This document shows positions 13,176 to 26,646 of a stretch of DNA of 64,000 nucleotides, in pieces (the stretch's first letter is position 1; each line of letters begins with the position of its first letter). A program made the translations under genes and the position numbers. A model generated the notes under the pieces. It was given only the letters and a program-made list of their open reading frames with translations, had not been told where the DNA came from and did no database searches. Source of the DNA: Eledone cirrhosa (Eukaryota); NCBI GenBank assembly GCA_964016885.1, contig OZ024742.1:191828001-191892000 (forward strand). Direction: 5' to 3'.

Positions 13176-15485
13176 TTATTAAAATAACAGATTCAAGTTT
13201 AAGCAAAGAATCGCTGCTTTCACCTTTAACGGGATCTTCTGAAAGTAACAAAGTCAATCTGTGAACGCAGAAGTAAATATTTAAAAAAACGTTGCAACCG
13301 AAGGAAGACAGGAAGACGATTCTTTGGTTCGTGGAAACGTTCATTGGCAAAGAACATGAAAAAACGAATATAATACGTCATTATTTGGAGCGGTGACATG
13401 CAAAGAGCGGTGACATGCAAAGACAAAACCACGTTTACGGTATAAAAGAAGTCGTAGACTAATATTCTATTATGTGGTTCATAGAGAACGTTATCTGGCA
13501 ATGAACAGAAAAAACGAAGATAATGCATCATATGTGGAGCGGGGAGAACAATTGCACGCAACGAACCACGTAAATGGTATAACTGAAGTCGTAGACTAAA
13601 ATTCCACTAGGAAAGCGAATGATTCTCGACTTTTGAGTTAAGAATAAAGTAAATAGAATACAGAGGTAATAGAAATTAAATAAATACATACACGCATCCA
13701 TATACGTACATACACAAGCATACGCGAAAACGCACGCCATAGGTATAAAAATACACGCACGTACACAAAAAACCCCGCACGCACAGATAGAACCCACGCA
13801 ACGCCTGTACCCGCACGCATACGAATGTATACACCAAATACACATAAAAATATATATAAGAAAAAAAATATATATATATATGTGTGTGTGTGCGTGTGGG
13901 CGTGTATACATATAATTAAATAAAGGTATATAAGTAAATAAATACGTATATAAAAAGCGCACACACATACCTACATGTAAATACACATATATTCGGAGAC
14001 TACGTCAACCAAAACACAAATTACACCTATACCTACACCCTACATACGTACGAACCCGCCTACTCACACAGACGCAAAACTAACGTATACACAGCCAAAA
14101 GCATATGTACCAGAATATATAATATATACGCCAAAACATATACAATCAAATATACGTACTAGAAAGTATACGTACCTTCACAAAACATACAGGTAATATA
14201 TACTTACCTATACAAATAAGTAATGGTATAAACATAACATATACTTAGCTACCACATCAAGACGTAAAAAATCCGCGTATAGTTCGTACTATCCGTTAGG
14301 GTATAATGTGGGGCTGTAATACAAGAAAGTTTTGTGCAAGTTATGTTTACAAGCCGAAATTGCCTCAGATTTTTTGTTTAAGATGTGCTCTTTGGCTTAG
14401 ATTATTTCCAGGGCCTCAGCGGCGCAGAGGTCACATGGTCTTTTATTTCCGTAATACGATCTAGCTCTAGCTAGGATCTCCCAGTGTAACTTATATTGGG
14501 TGTGGTTGTCTTGTAGACTCCAGATATAAGCTGAAATTGACGTCATATTCCTTCTTGAAGGGTTACCAAAAAATGGGTATCCATGTAAAGACGCTGCTTG
14601 AATCTATTGGCTGTTAACCCTATGTAGGCCCTACGGGATGTGGGTGTTTCAACCTTACATTTGTAGACAATGTTACTAGAGAGGCATTTCCCTGATAGGG
14701 GGCAGTCAACAAGATTTCTACAATTACAGTTAGTACTAACTACAGGGTTGCACGTGTTCCTACGGCTAGGTAGTTTAGCTAAATTTGAAGTTGTGATGTT
14801 ATGTGCAAGGTTAGGAGTCGTAGAGTAAGAAATTTTAATAGTATTTCTATTAAAAATTTTACTATATTTATGTGTAGGGGAAAATGCTTCATAATAAGGG
14901 ACAGAAAGATCATAGCTAATGGTGTGGCCACCTCCCTATTATATGGTGGGTTATACCATATATTGCGTCGGGATCTATTTCTTCTAAGTCTATTCTCGTA
15001 CTCTGTCTATGCTACCTTATCGACAAATCTGCTCCGCGCAAGAACTTCATTGTAATAAGTAGAATGGTCGTTCAAAATATGCTCGTTAGTAGATAGACGG
15101 GAAAGCCTCAAAGAAACGTTTCTTACCAGGTTCTTGGTTATGCTAGTAGGATGGTTAAAATGATTACTTATGTAATTAAGCGTATCATTCGGCTTTCTAT
15201 ACGAGTAATGCAAGCCATTCGATAAATTGAGGGTAACGTCGAGGTAATTAACCACCGAGAAGTTGGCCTCAACCTGTATGGAGAGGTTTAAGCCTTTAAA
15301 GGAGGCTGTGAGTTCTTTTCTGAACCTGTCGTAAGCACGTGGGCCCCATTTAGTCATGGTCTAAAGACCATCATCACGGTACAAACCACCGCCCACGTTG
15401 GGGAATTCTTCCTTGATAGAGAAAAGAAGGAAAAGTCCGATAAGATCAGTAACCTCCGCAAAATCGCTGGCACCCATACTCACCG
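13176..15485 (-). mobile_element. Hydra-clade-like PLE family A, 5'-truncated copy with GIY-YIG and 3' pLTR region
   Basis: Near-identical to 1075-1845. Continues CNCRNLVDCPLSGKCLSSNIVY..AYIGLTANRFKQR..PCDLC..ACKH. The 3' region ends at AATAAA into (TA)n. Confidence 0.88.
13197..13245 (-). ncRNA. HHR-like motif with U4A core (family A pLTR)
   Basis: cttt CAGAAGA t CCC gttaa aGG t GAAA GCA gcgattctt TGC TT aaac. Further copies at 19971-20019 (-), 20049-20097 (+) and 25838-25886 (-). Confidence 0.55.
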
Positions 15486-15656
15486 ACCAATCGGTGTGTA
15501 GTTTCACTGGATTACTAAAGCTGATTGGTTTAGGCGTCACGGTTGGTTGAGCAAGTCTAACGACTTCTATTTGACCATATCCAAAGCATCAATTGTTTTG
15601 CTATTTTTAGAAATGATGAAAATAGCATTTTCTAGTAATCGTCACCATCAACATCA

Positions 15657-15856
15657 NNNNNNNNNNNNNNNNNNNNNNNNNNNNNNNNNNNNNNNNNNNN
15701 NNNNNNNNNNNNNNNNNNNNNNNNNNNNNNNNNNNNNNNNNNNNNNNNNNNNNNNNNNNNNNNNNNNNNNNNNNNNNNNNNNNNNNNNNNNNNNNNNNNN
15801 NNNNNNNNNNNNNNNNNNNNNNNNNNNNNNNNNNNNNNNNNNNNNNNNNNNNNNNN
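15657..15856. other. Assembly gap (200 N)
   Basis: Run of N. Confidence 1.
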
Positions 15857-15859
15857 ACA

Positions 15860-16892
15860 TCACTTTTATGATTTATTATTGTTCATTTAGCTTGAGTTGG
15901 AATTTATCAATAACATTATTTTCTTTGATTTTTCTCTTGATTTCACTTAGGCTGTGTAATTTGAAGAATGGAAATATTATAAATATTTTCTGACCACATG
16001 TTGCTAGATGTTTACTTAGGGGTATCTGACGGACATTTGTGTCTCTGATTTGCTGTCGGTGCACCCGTGCTCGTTCCGATAGTGCATTTCCAGTTTGACT
16101 GACATATAGTTCTTCACAATTCTGGCATTTAATGCAGTAAATTAGATTTCTGATTTTGCAGTTCATATTTGCATTTGGGAATATTTTTCCAGTTTTTGCG
16201 TTCATTGACCGGTATGTATGGAATGACATGTGCCACATCGACTATCATTGCATTTAGATACAGTGAATGATTGGTCTTTGTGGTTAAGGTCAAACTTTGT
16301 TAGAAATTTGGTTAGAAATTGCTTCAAATTTTTCGGCTCTCTTTTACTAATAGTCAAAGATCGGTCTGTGATTAAGCCTTTTCATTCATTACTTTGAGCA
16401 ATGATAGGTAGGTTTGCTTTGGCAGTGTTGAAGATAATCTGGTGACATGGGTTGTGTGTCATTATAAATGGTATGACCAGTTGTTGGTTTCTTCTTCCTT
16501 GGGTTGTCCTAAGTTGTTGTGTAGGTATTTTATAGCCCGCTGTATGCCATTTTCAATAAGTAGAGTTGGGCATTTTTGTTTGAGCAAACATTCTCTCAGT
16601 TCTGTTAGGCGTTTGTTCCTGGTATTCGTATCTTCTACAATGGTACAAATTCTTCTGGGTAGGCAGTATGGGATGTTGCGTTTTGTATGAGGTGGATGGC
16701 ACGACTTAAAATTCAGATATTGATGGGTGTCTTTGTGTTTATAATATATATCCGTGGTAATGGTGGTGTCGTTTTTGATTACCATTATATCTAGGAATGG
16801 TAATTTGGTACTACTCATCTCTTTTGGGAATTGGAGAGATGGGTGTAGGTTATTCAGGAGGATATTGAACTCATCCGGAGTATCTAGAGATT
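15860..16892 (-). mobile_element. Neptune-like PLE family B 3' portion (RT thumb + GIY-YIG), decayed
   Basis: LPFLDI..TDIYYK..YLNFKSCHPPHTKRNIPY; NLIYCIKCQNCEELYVSQTGNALSERARVHRQQI..HL..C. Confidence 0.88.
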
Positions 16893-16894
16893 CG

Positions 16895-17178
16895 GTCCAG
16901 GAACGGCGTGACAGTCGCTTAAATATTCGAAAATACCTCCGTTTCGCTCAAATTTCCGCCTTCTCAGCTCTAGCTCCCACATTTTTCAACCGATTTCGTT
17001 CAAATTCGAAACTCCTTCCCCCAGCATGCCCCTTCGATAAAGGTCATCACCACCCTCCCCTGCATGGCCTGTGTGTGGGCATAGATGAGTCATCGAGAAG
17101 CAGTCGCTAAGATCAACACCTATTCATCAAAGCAGATATTATTTTACCTACCCATGCAACGCTGGGTACTGCTGCTAG
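16895..17178 (+). mobile_element. Non-autonomous Helitron 3' fragment
   Basis: Subterminal hairpin CCCATGC-AAC-GCTGGG followed by a CTAG|T end. Homologous to 42345-42780 (-). Confidence 0.75.
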
Positions 17179-17219
17179 TATATAATATAATAATACAACG
17201 ACGATTTGTTAAGCCTTCA

Positions 17220-17273
<54 letters not shown>

Positions 17274-17921
17274 AATATAGGTGAACGCGAGAATGCCTAT
17301 AGAATACCATATTAGAGATAAATAGTTTAAGGTGCACATACACACACACATATGTATGCATGTATGTATACTTTTTCTGTGTACGTTTGAGCGTGCGCGT
17401 GTTTGAATCTCGTATGTGTGAGTACATTTTTCATTTTGTATTACAGATATTGCTACATATCTGTACCATACTATTTATATATGCAAAAATAAGCATCCAT
17501 GTACACAGTTAATACTTTTCAGAATATTCACAGCTTCCCGTATTCCATACCTCCATACAATGTAGTTTGGTGGGAGAAGGGTTAAACAGTAGAGACTAAC
17601 GTGAAATGTGCATTACTTTCTAATGTGTAACAGAAGAATTTAAATTTTGCTTGCCTGACCGGTTCAGACATTCAATTCTAACGAGTGTAGGATAAAACCC
17701 ATTAGGTATAATTAGTTTAACATGTAATGTCAACAAAATATGACATTAAAATTATTGTTAAGCGTAAGAAAATTCCCACTTACAGTCTTCATCTTTCGTC
17801 GATCAGCTTGATATTATTTAAAGCAAAATATTCTACATTTCGAATGTAGTCATTATAACACCGAGGGGTTAATTAATGACGAAATCACACACGTATAGGA
17901 AGGTCGTGATACTTATTATAT

Positions 17922-18079
<158 letters not shown>

Positions 18080-18654
18080 TATATATACACATAATATATA
18101 TATATATATTTTTATATATAGACAGAGAGAGAGAGAATGTGAGGGAAAAAGAAGAAAAGAGAGATAGAGAGGGCGCGAGACAGAAAAGATACAAAAGGAG
18201 AAAGATATGGAAGGAAGCATGTATGGTTGAATTTTATGGAGTTGGCTTCATAACCACGAGATTCCATTTTCAATACCAGTGTTTGGAAGCTTTGGCTAGA
18301 ATCTTTACCAGATTTTCTTGTCAACGCAAGTCCTGTGAGGGCAGTGAGATAGATTGATACTGAGTTTAAGTCCATTGCATGGGGATTGTACCTGTAACCC
18401 GAAGACCCAACGTTGCTATTTATTTTGATAATTGTTGATATGATTTTGGAAATTGTAGATACACAATAACTATGTATGTATAGTTCCGTAATTCCTGAGG
18501 ATGTTTGCGGGGCACCATATACATATACGGCGTTTCTAGGACATTTTAAATCCAGGTGTAGCCCATCTCCTCTCCAGGTCAGAATACAGCAGATTGTTTC
18601 CTGAGAAGGATAGAGAGTGAGAGATAGGAAGGGAGAAACAGATATATAGAAAGA

Positions 18655-18812
18655 ATTGACCCCAGTACTAAACTGGTAAATTTTATCGACCTTAAATTGA
18701 TCAAAGGTAAAATTGACCTCGGTAGGATTTGAACCCAGGGAGCAGAGATTCGGACTGAATACTGAAAACATTCTACCCAACGTTCTGAGGACTCCGCTAA
18801 TTCACCGCCTAT
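18655..18812 (-). mobile_element. SINE family 1-related, diverged
   Basis: GGTTCAAATCCTACCGAGGTCAATTTTACCTTT..GGTCGATAAAA..TACCAGT on the minus strand. Confidence 0.7.
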
Positions 18813-19803
18813 ATCAATAAATAGATATAATTTTAAAGAATTTAAATATGAATTTAAACCTTCTTTTATAATTGTATATAAGAACACTTTGTTATGTTAG
18901 CACTCTCCTTAATATATTGTGTGTGTAATTAGCATATATTTCAGTCTAGTACTCGTACCCATAAAGATTAAATATCACAGTTGCCTTAATTCACAAACGT
19001 GTGTTCATACATCGTTACCCCTCATGATACGGCTCTGTATGGTGGTTGGGAGCACTTTCTGGCTAGTAGAATCCCTGCGGACAGAATGGAGAGACTTGTT
19101 ACCCAGGTGGATGCCAAGGGAGGTGCATTAGAATAGACCTGCCAAATCGCGGGGCTCAACTCTGCGAGTGGACTAGACAACCATGAAAACAGTGAGGTGG
19201 TCTAGGAACCTATAACACCGGAACTCTCCACTACTACAGGTTCGACGACAAAACGAATCGGAGAGTGACTGATATTCGACAGCTTGCGATCTTCGGCTTA
19301 TCGCACAGCGAAGTTTGACGCAGCACAAGTTAAGAATCATCTCATCAATGAAAAGGCCCCGGTGGGGATTCAATACTTGCAGATATTTTCGAATTTGGTG
19401 GAGAGAAATACTAACAGAAAATTTCCAAACTACCACACTTACAACTGCTGGACTTTCTTCAGAAATAAGAAATTCCAATACATATCTATATACAACTATG
19501 CCTGAAGCTAAATTATAATTCTATATATGTTGAACTAACTTACACAACTTCATATGAGATCAATCACCTCATTTACACAGATGAGATAACCATATATTCT
19601 CGCCTATTTTCAAAATCCAGCAGTTGCAAGAGTGGGTGGGATCATGCTGATGAGAACCAGGTCAATTTGAAATATGTATCAACGATTGTCCCTTTTTCTT
19701 CTGCTGGACACCGCCAGACGACATGAGTCGCTGTTATCTTGGCATAGCTACGGCTATCTAAATGTTTAATTTAAACATATCGTATTTCTTCAGAAATACA
19801 AAA

Positions 19804-20358
<555 letters not shown>

Positions 20359-20400
20359 TATAATCTTCTATACACGATCATACACACCCGTGTATATTTA

Positions 20401-20511
<111 letters not shown>

Positions 20512-20520
20512 CTGATATAC

Positions 20521-20572
20521 ACAGGTACTCAAGTTTCGTATTGTTCTGGGCACCCCAGCTTATTCAGCCTGT
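20521..20572 (-). ncRNA. Degenerate type I HHR relic
   Basis: acagg CTGAATA agCTGGG gtg CCCAG aacaatac GAAA cttgag TA cctgt. Stem I is a perfect 5 bp; G8 is mutated. Confidence 0.5.
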
Positions 20573-20728
20573 CATGAGAATAATAATATACATATAGTGT
20601 GTGTGTGTGTATATATATACACACACACTCTCTATATATATATATATTTATATAAACATTATATAGTGTATGTATATATATATACACATACACTATATAA
20701 TCTTTATATATATAAACATTATATAGTG

Positions 20729-20760
<32 letters not shown>

Positions 20761-20852
20761 CATACACTATATAATGTTTATATATATATATACATATAGT
20801 GTGTGTGTGTTTGTATATATATATATATATATATGTTACACCTCTATTCTTT

Positions 20853-20909
<57 letters not shown>

Positions 20910-20913
20910 TATA

Positions 20914-20973
<60 letters not shown>

Positions 20974-20977
20974 TATA

Positions 20978-21045
<68 letters not shown>

Positions 21046-21089
21046 ATATATTTAAAAGAATAGAGGTGTAACACACAAGTTATGATATA

Positions 21090-22375
21090 TTGGTAAACGG
21101 AATAGAAAATGCTGACAAATTGTTCACAGTGAAAAATAGTTTAATTAGGAATAAGTGAGAATTAGTAATAGTATTGGTTAGTATTGAGTTTTGGTTTTTA
21201 CTAATGCTTTTCAAAAATAATTTTGAGATAGAGCGTCCGTGATGTTTGCTCTGATCTGATTAGTTTTGGGAATTCTACCTGTTTTTATGTTAAAAAAGTG
21301 GCTCCAGCGGTATTAAAATAAGTTTTGCGCCAATTCGTGTTGCAAAAATTCTTGTGGTCAAAACAATTTTGATTGGTCGGTAGAGGTCATGTGAATGTAA
21401 AAAATTGATTTTGCGCCAAATGTAGGTTTGTGTCGGCTGACTGAGAAATAAGTCTTTCACAACAAATATGTGTGTGTGTAGTAGTAGTAAAGAGGTTCGT
21501 TGTTGTGATAATGGTCAGCAGCAGGGATGTGTGTGCGAACCGCAGCTTGTTGACAGTTCAAATGCCTATTAAGACAAGTGTGTGTGTGTGTGTGTAGAAG
21601 AGTAATTCGTGGTAGAGGGATGGTCATTAGGAATGTGTCTGTAAGTGTGTGGGTGATATTTTAACATGTTAAAAGATATTTTTCAGCTCTTGTCTTATAC
21701 GGAGAAGTGTGTGTGTGTATGTCTCTTTGTATGTTAATGTACGCGTGTGTATGTGTGTGTGTATATATGTGTGTGTGTGTGAGAATGTGTGTGTGTGTGT
21801 GTGGGTGGACCAGTATTTTTTTCTGGTAAAATGGTGTACATTCATTATTCGATATTTTCAGTAAAATCGATTCTCTCAATAGAACATCAAAACCTTAATA
21901 ATAAAAGGTGTGAAATGATATATAGTATTGGCATAATACCAAGGTGTGTGTGAGTGTGTGTGTGTGTGTGTCCAGATTGTACGTACTGCAAGGAGGATGG
22001 ATCCATTAGGCCATTAGGCCGTATTGGAATACCTGTGCACAAATATGTATCTGGAGTGTGTCCAGATTGTACGTACCGCAAGGGGAATTCATTAGGCTTT
22101 GCCGTATTGGAATACCTGTGCACAAATATGTATGTGCCCATCAGTGTGCAATGCATGTGTGCGTTTATGTATGTGTGTGTGTCGGCACGTTTATATCTAT
22201 AGACATCAAAAGGTATGCAAATGTGTGTATATTTGTGTTGCACCATAGAACATGTGTGTTTACGTATGTCATTGTGTTTATATGTGGATAGAGATGTGTG
22301 CTGATGTAGGTATATATGTTGACGTGTGTACGTTGTGGGTTCGTCTTATGGAGAAGTGTTTAGACGGGGTCCGTA
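21090..22375 (-). mobile_element. 3' end/pLTR of Neptune-like PLE family D
   Basis: Begins with the last codons (GPRLNTSP*) of the 32226 ORF and matches 31035-32225 and 61730-62735. Confidence 0.85.
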
Positions 22376-22798
22376 TATATATATATATATATATATATAT
22401 AATGTTTATATATAGTGGATATATATAGTGTATATATATATGTGTGTGTGTATGTGTGTATGTGTATTTCCACGCTTCACCAATAAAGTATCGTAAAAGT
22501 GCCAAAAGCATAATATAATATTTAGTTTATCTTTAGAAATTTATCTGGCCGCGTAGAAGGTGTGAATGTCAGGTTGTAATGTGAGATTTATCTACTGCAC
22601 CTATTGGCAGTAATCAGCTGCCGTTTTTTCGTTCTAATTTCCAAATTATATCTCAATAGATGTTATACAATTTAACGTGAATAACATTTAATTATAACGG
22701 CGTTAAATGAGAATGGGGAAAGGGTTGGGTAGAACGGGTAGAAATATGTAGAGAAAAGGAAGAAATTGCTAGCAGAAAGTATGAGAACACAGAAATGT

Positions 22799-22802
<4 letters not shown>

Positions 22803-22866
<64 letters not shown>

Positions 22867-22874
22867 AAAGAGAG

Positions 22875-22931
<57 letters not shown>

Positions 22932-22975
22932 GAGAGAGAGAGAAAGAAAGAGAGAGAGAGAAATAGAGAGAGGAG
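22803..22975. repeat. (GA)n microsatellite
   Basis: Direct reading. Confidence 0.95.
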
Positions 22976-24045
22976 GGTGTGTGAAATGTGTGTATGTATG
23001 GGTAAAATCGTTTGCGTAAATGTAGGCAGAAATGTAGGCAGACCAGATGGAAAAGCAGAGAAGAAGGAGAGAGAGAGAAATGTGTGTATGTATGGATAAT
23101 TTCGTTTGCGTAATTGGATGAGCGAGGGGGGGGGGCAGATAGCGTGGGTGGATGTTTGTAGAGTCGTATGATAGAGATAAATAGAAGTCGGATGGAACTC
23201 CGTCGGTTTCGCCGAGACGTTTTCCAATTGTTCGATCAGTAGATCTGCCTGCTGGTGAAATTAGTGAGTAAGTGTCTTGGCATTACAAAGACATGTATAG
23301 CATTAACGGAATTCGCAGGAATGTTCTGCGTGACAAAGTATGTGATAAGTCTGGTCTATTCAATTACAGGCCTAATCCATTGGAGGGGCTACCACACAGC
23401 ATCCGTCTACACCAGGCATGGGCAACATTTTTCTAGAAGGCTGGGCGTGATGAGATAAGGCTCATCATTAGGCGGGCCGCATGCGCTAATTTACATTTGT
23501 TCCCACATTAAAAAACGGGTGGTAACTCAGGTTGTTTTGATTTGTTTCTTCAGAATTCGTACACGTTGCTTTCCTCGATCGTAAAAATGATAGAAATATA
23601 AATTACGACTGAAAAGTTGGGGTAAAAAATCAGAAAGATTTCACTTAGGTGACTTAGGCTGCCATTCAGAAATCTTTGCGGGCCGCAGGTTGCACATGAC
23701 TAGTCCACACAATTCCGTTCACAAGGTTTAAGTTATCGTGATGCTATGGTAAATGACACCAAATTTCTACAGATTATGATGAAACTCGGTACCTAACAGT
23801 TGCAAGGAGAATCTTTTAACCATTCTGACATTCTGCGTTGAAGAAGGAATAAAAAGACGTGTGAAAGAGAAGGATTTGAAGATATATAGAGTGAAAGAAA
23901 GGAAAGATAAAAATTAGGGAGAGATTTGAAATAATTAGAATGAAGTTATGTCGATCCTTTTGTCAATAACAACTAGATACCTTTTAACTTTCAAAATGTA
24001 GTCTGTTTAGACTGAAATTGTAGAAACCCGGCGTGTATGTGAATG

Positions 24046-24091
<46 letters not shown>

Positions 24092-24304
24092 CATTTTCTG
24101 AAGGCTAAATAGTGAGTTTTGTCACTCTGGTGTTCCGCCTATTCATCACAAGGTCATCAGGGAATCCCTATTTAGCCTTAAAATAAAATGAATATTAAAG
24201 CTCTACTTCGGTATTGAGTACTGTTTCTTTTCTCAGCCGTCAACCACATACGAATATATATACATATATACATACATATAATACATATTTATATATATAT
24301 ATAT

Positions 24305-25045
24305 ATTGTTATACTTTGGGAGGGTCATGTTGTCAATAAGAATCACACACCCAAGTTGCTTTCACTCCAATGTATTATAAATAAAATTATAAATTTCCGG
24401 TTGGTTGGCTGGTTCCACAACCGGACGGTTGTTCATATATTGTCAAAGTTCTTTCGTCACACATTATGTGACCTCTTCATTGACTGGGGATGCTTTTCTT
24501 TCTTTTGTGCCTCTCCTTTGTTTTGTCCTACGCCATCTTGTTTTTCTGTGTGCTGTTTGCTTAGTTTGTGCATGTGTTACAGCCAGGTGTCTGTGTGTGT
24601 TTTTATTTGTTTATTTATTTGTTTATTTACATGATACTGGTTGGTTGTTAGTTCTATGTGTGTGTGTTTTCATTTTGTCCTTAATTGTAAGTTGTTATGT
24701 TGCTATTCTATTCATGTTTTCTATTTAATTTTGGTTGGAGTTCATTTATGTTTATTGCCTCTGTGATTTGTCTAAACATTGCGTATTTTCTGTGTGTATA
24801 TTTTATTTGTATTTCTATGTTCTCTAATTTGCCCTTATGTTCTATTTTTGCATGTTGGTGGAGTACTGATGATTCTTTTCTATCTTGAAGCTCTCGCCAG
24901 TGTTCATTTAATCGTTCTCCTATACTACGAGCTGTCTCACTTATGTACACTATATTCTTATCTTTACATTGTCCTTCGGTACATATTATGCTATATACTA
25001 TGTTTCTAGTGTTACAGTTAATATGGGGGCTAAGTTTACATATAT
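24305..25045 (-). mobile_element. PLE 3' fragment: GIY-YIG endonuclease + 3' UTR
   Basis: CNTRNIVYSIICTEGQC..VYISETARSIGERLNEH..HQHAKIEH..RQITEA..QPKLN, stop at 24708. Confidence 0.8.
24442..24484 (-). ncRNA. Minimal type I HHR relic in PLE 3' UTR
   Basis: gtca aTGAAGA g GTCAC ataatgt GTGAC GAAA gaac TT tgac. C3 is mutated. Confidence 0.55.
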
Positions 25046-25199
25046 ACATGTATATGGAATGAGAGTAAGAAGAAAGCAAGAACGGGACGAGGGGGGGTTC
25101 CTCGTCAGTTGTCATCTGGGGGTCTCGGATATTTCAACGCTTTAAAGACGATACATCTATCCATATATATAAATATGTTGCTTCACCATTTTGTTTGTT

Positions 25200-25375
25200 T
25201 ACACCTGCGTCCCCTTTATTTACGTGTCCCAACGACTTTTTTTAGCTGTTGTTCGCACCAACCAGAGGTATATGGTCTTTAAAGCGATGAAATGCCTATG
25301 ATGGTTGGAAGATCACTGATGAAGGACAAACTTTTTTCATATGTAACCCAATTGCGACTCCGCAGCGCCCTTATT

Positions 25376-25457
<82 letters not shown>

Positions 25458-25625
25458 AAAAAATGGGGAGAAGAATACTGCTGGTTGCACATGGATAACA
25501 TGTAATAAAATAAGTCCCTCATCAGTGATTTGCCGACGATCATAGATATTTCATTGCATTAAAAATCATATACCTCACGTCGGTGCAATAATAACTAAAT
25601 TAAGTTATTAGGACAATTAAAACGC
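25200..25625. repeat. Diverged inverted repeat pair converging on (TA)n, each arm containing ATCACTGATGA(A/G)GGAC
   Basis: 25225-25340 versus the reverse complement of 25500-25615. Confidence 0.6.
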
Positions 25626-25749
25626 GTAAAGCGAGTGAAACAAGATAACAACAAAGAGGATAGCTAACCGTAGAAGGAAGGGAACAAGCTTCATAGTTAT
25701 TATGTTAGCATAAGCTAGGTGAATATATGAGCGCTTAGAAAAAAGACCT

Positions 25750-25819
<70 letters not shown>

Positions 25820-25825
<6 letters not shown>

Positions 25826-26029
25826 TAACAGATTAACGTTTAAGCAAAGAATCGCTGCTTTCACCCTTAACGGGATCTGCTGAAACTGTTAAGGGTGAAA
25901 GCAGCGATTCTTTGCTTAAACTTTAATCTGTTATTTTAATAAATATTTGCTGTACGGTTCTTATATATTTGATATATATTTATCCTTATCGAGCCCTCTT
26001 TGGATTTTAGTCTTCAAATTTATTATTAT

Positions 26030-26035
<6 letters not shown>
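25820..26035. mobile_element. Second fold-back mini-insertion of the family A pLTR end
   Basis: Inverted arms with junction at ~25887; the right arm continues into the sequence seen at 1-95. Confidence 0.8.
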
Positions 26036-26099
<64 letters not shown>

Positions 26100-26565
26100 A
26101 ATCTGTGTGGCTATGATTACGTTTGTGTGTTTGTTTATTTCCCGTAAAAAGAAATCGAGGACATAAGTACCAGGCTTGGAAAAAATCACTGGGGTTGATG
26201 TATTTGACTAAATTAAGTGGCTACGCTAACCTGACCACAGTCTAATTACTGGAACTAGTAAAATAATATATGTTAATCTCATCGTTTCAATTTACTCCAC
26301 TGATATGTTTGGTATTGGAGGTAATGGTATTGTTTTTGTTTATAGTGTTGGTGGAGTAGGTAATAGTGTTGATTTCATTCGTGGCGGTGTTATTGCATGT
26401 AAGGTAAACAGATTTCATGTTGCCGGTGTTGGTGTTATTGTTTGTGTTGGTGTTAATGGTAATATTGATGCTGGTAGGGGAGTGATTAATGCAGTTGCTT
26501 TTGTTGGTGGTGGTGGTGGTGGAGAAGGAATTGGTGTTGGTGGTGATAGTATTGATGGTGTTGTT

Positions 26566-26615
26566 TTAATTGTTGTTGGTGCTGGTAGTAGAATAAGTAA
26601 TGTCATTGTTGTTTA

Positions 26616-26646
<31 letters not shown>

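Noticed and set aside
19020-19400. GC-richer island as a host exon
   Set aside because: Stops occur in the plausible frames. It faintly resembles a decayed LINE C-terminus but is too weak to call.
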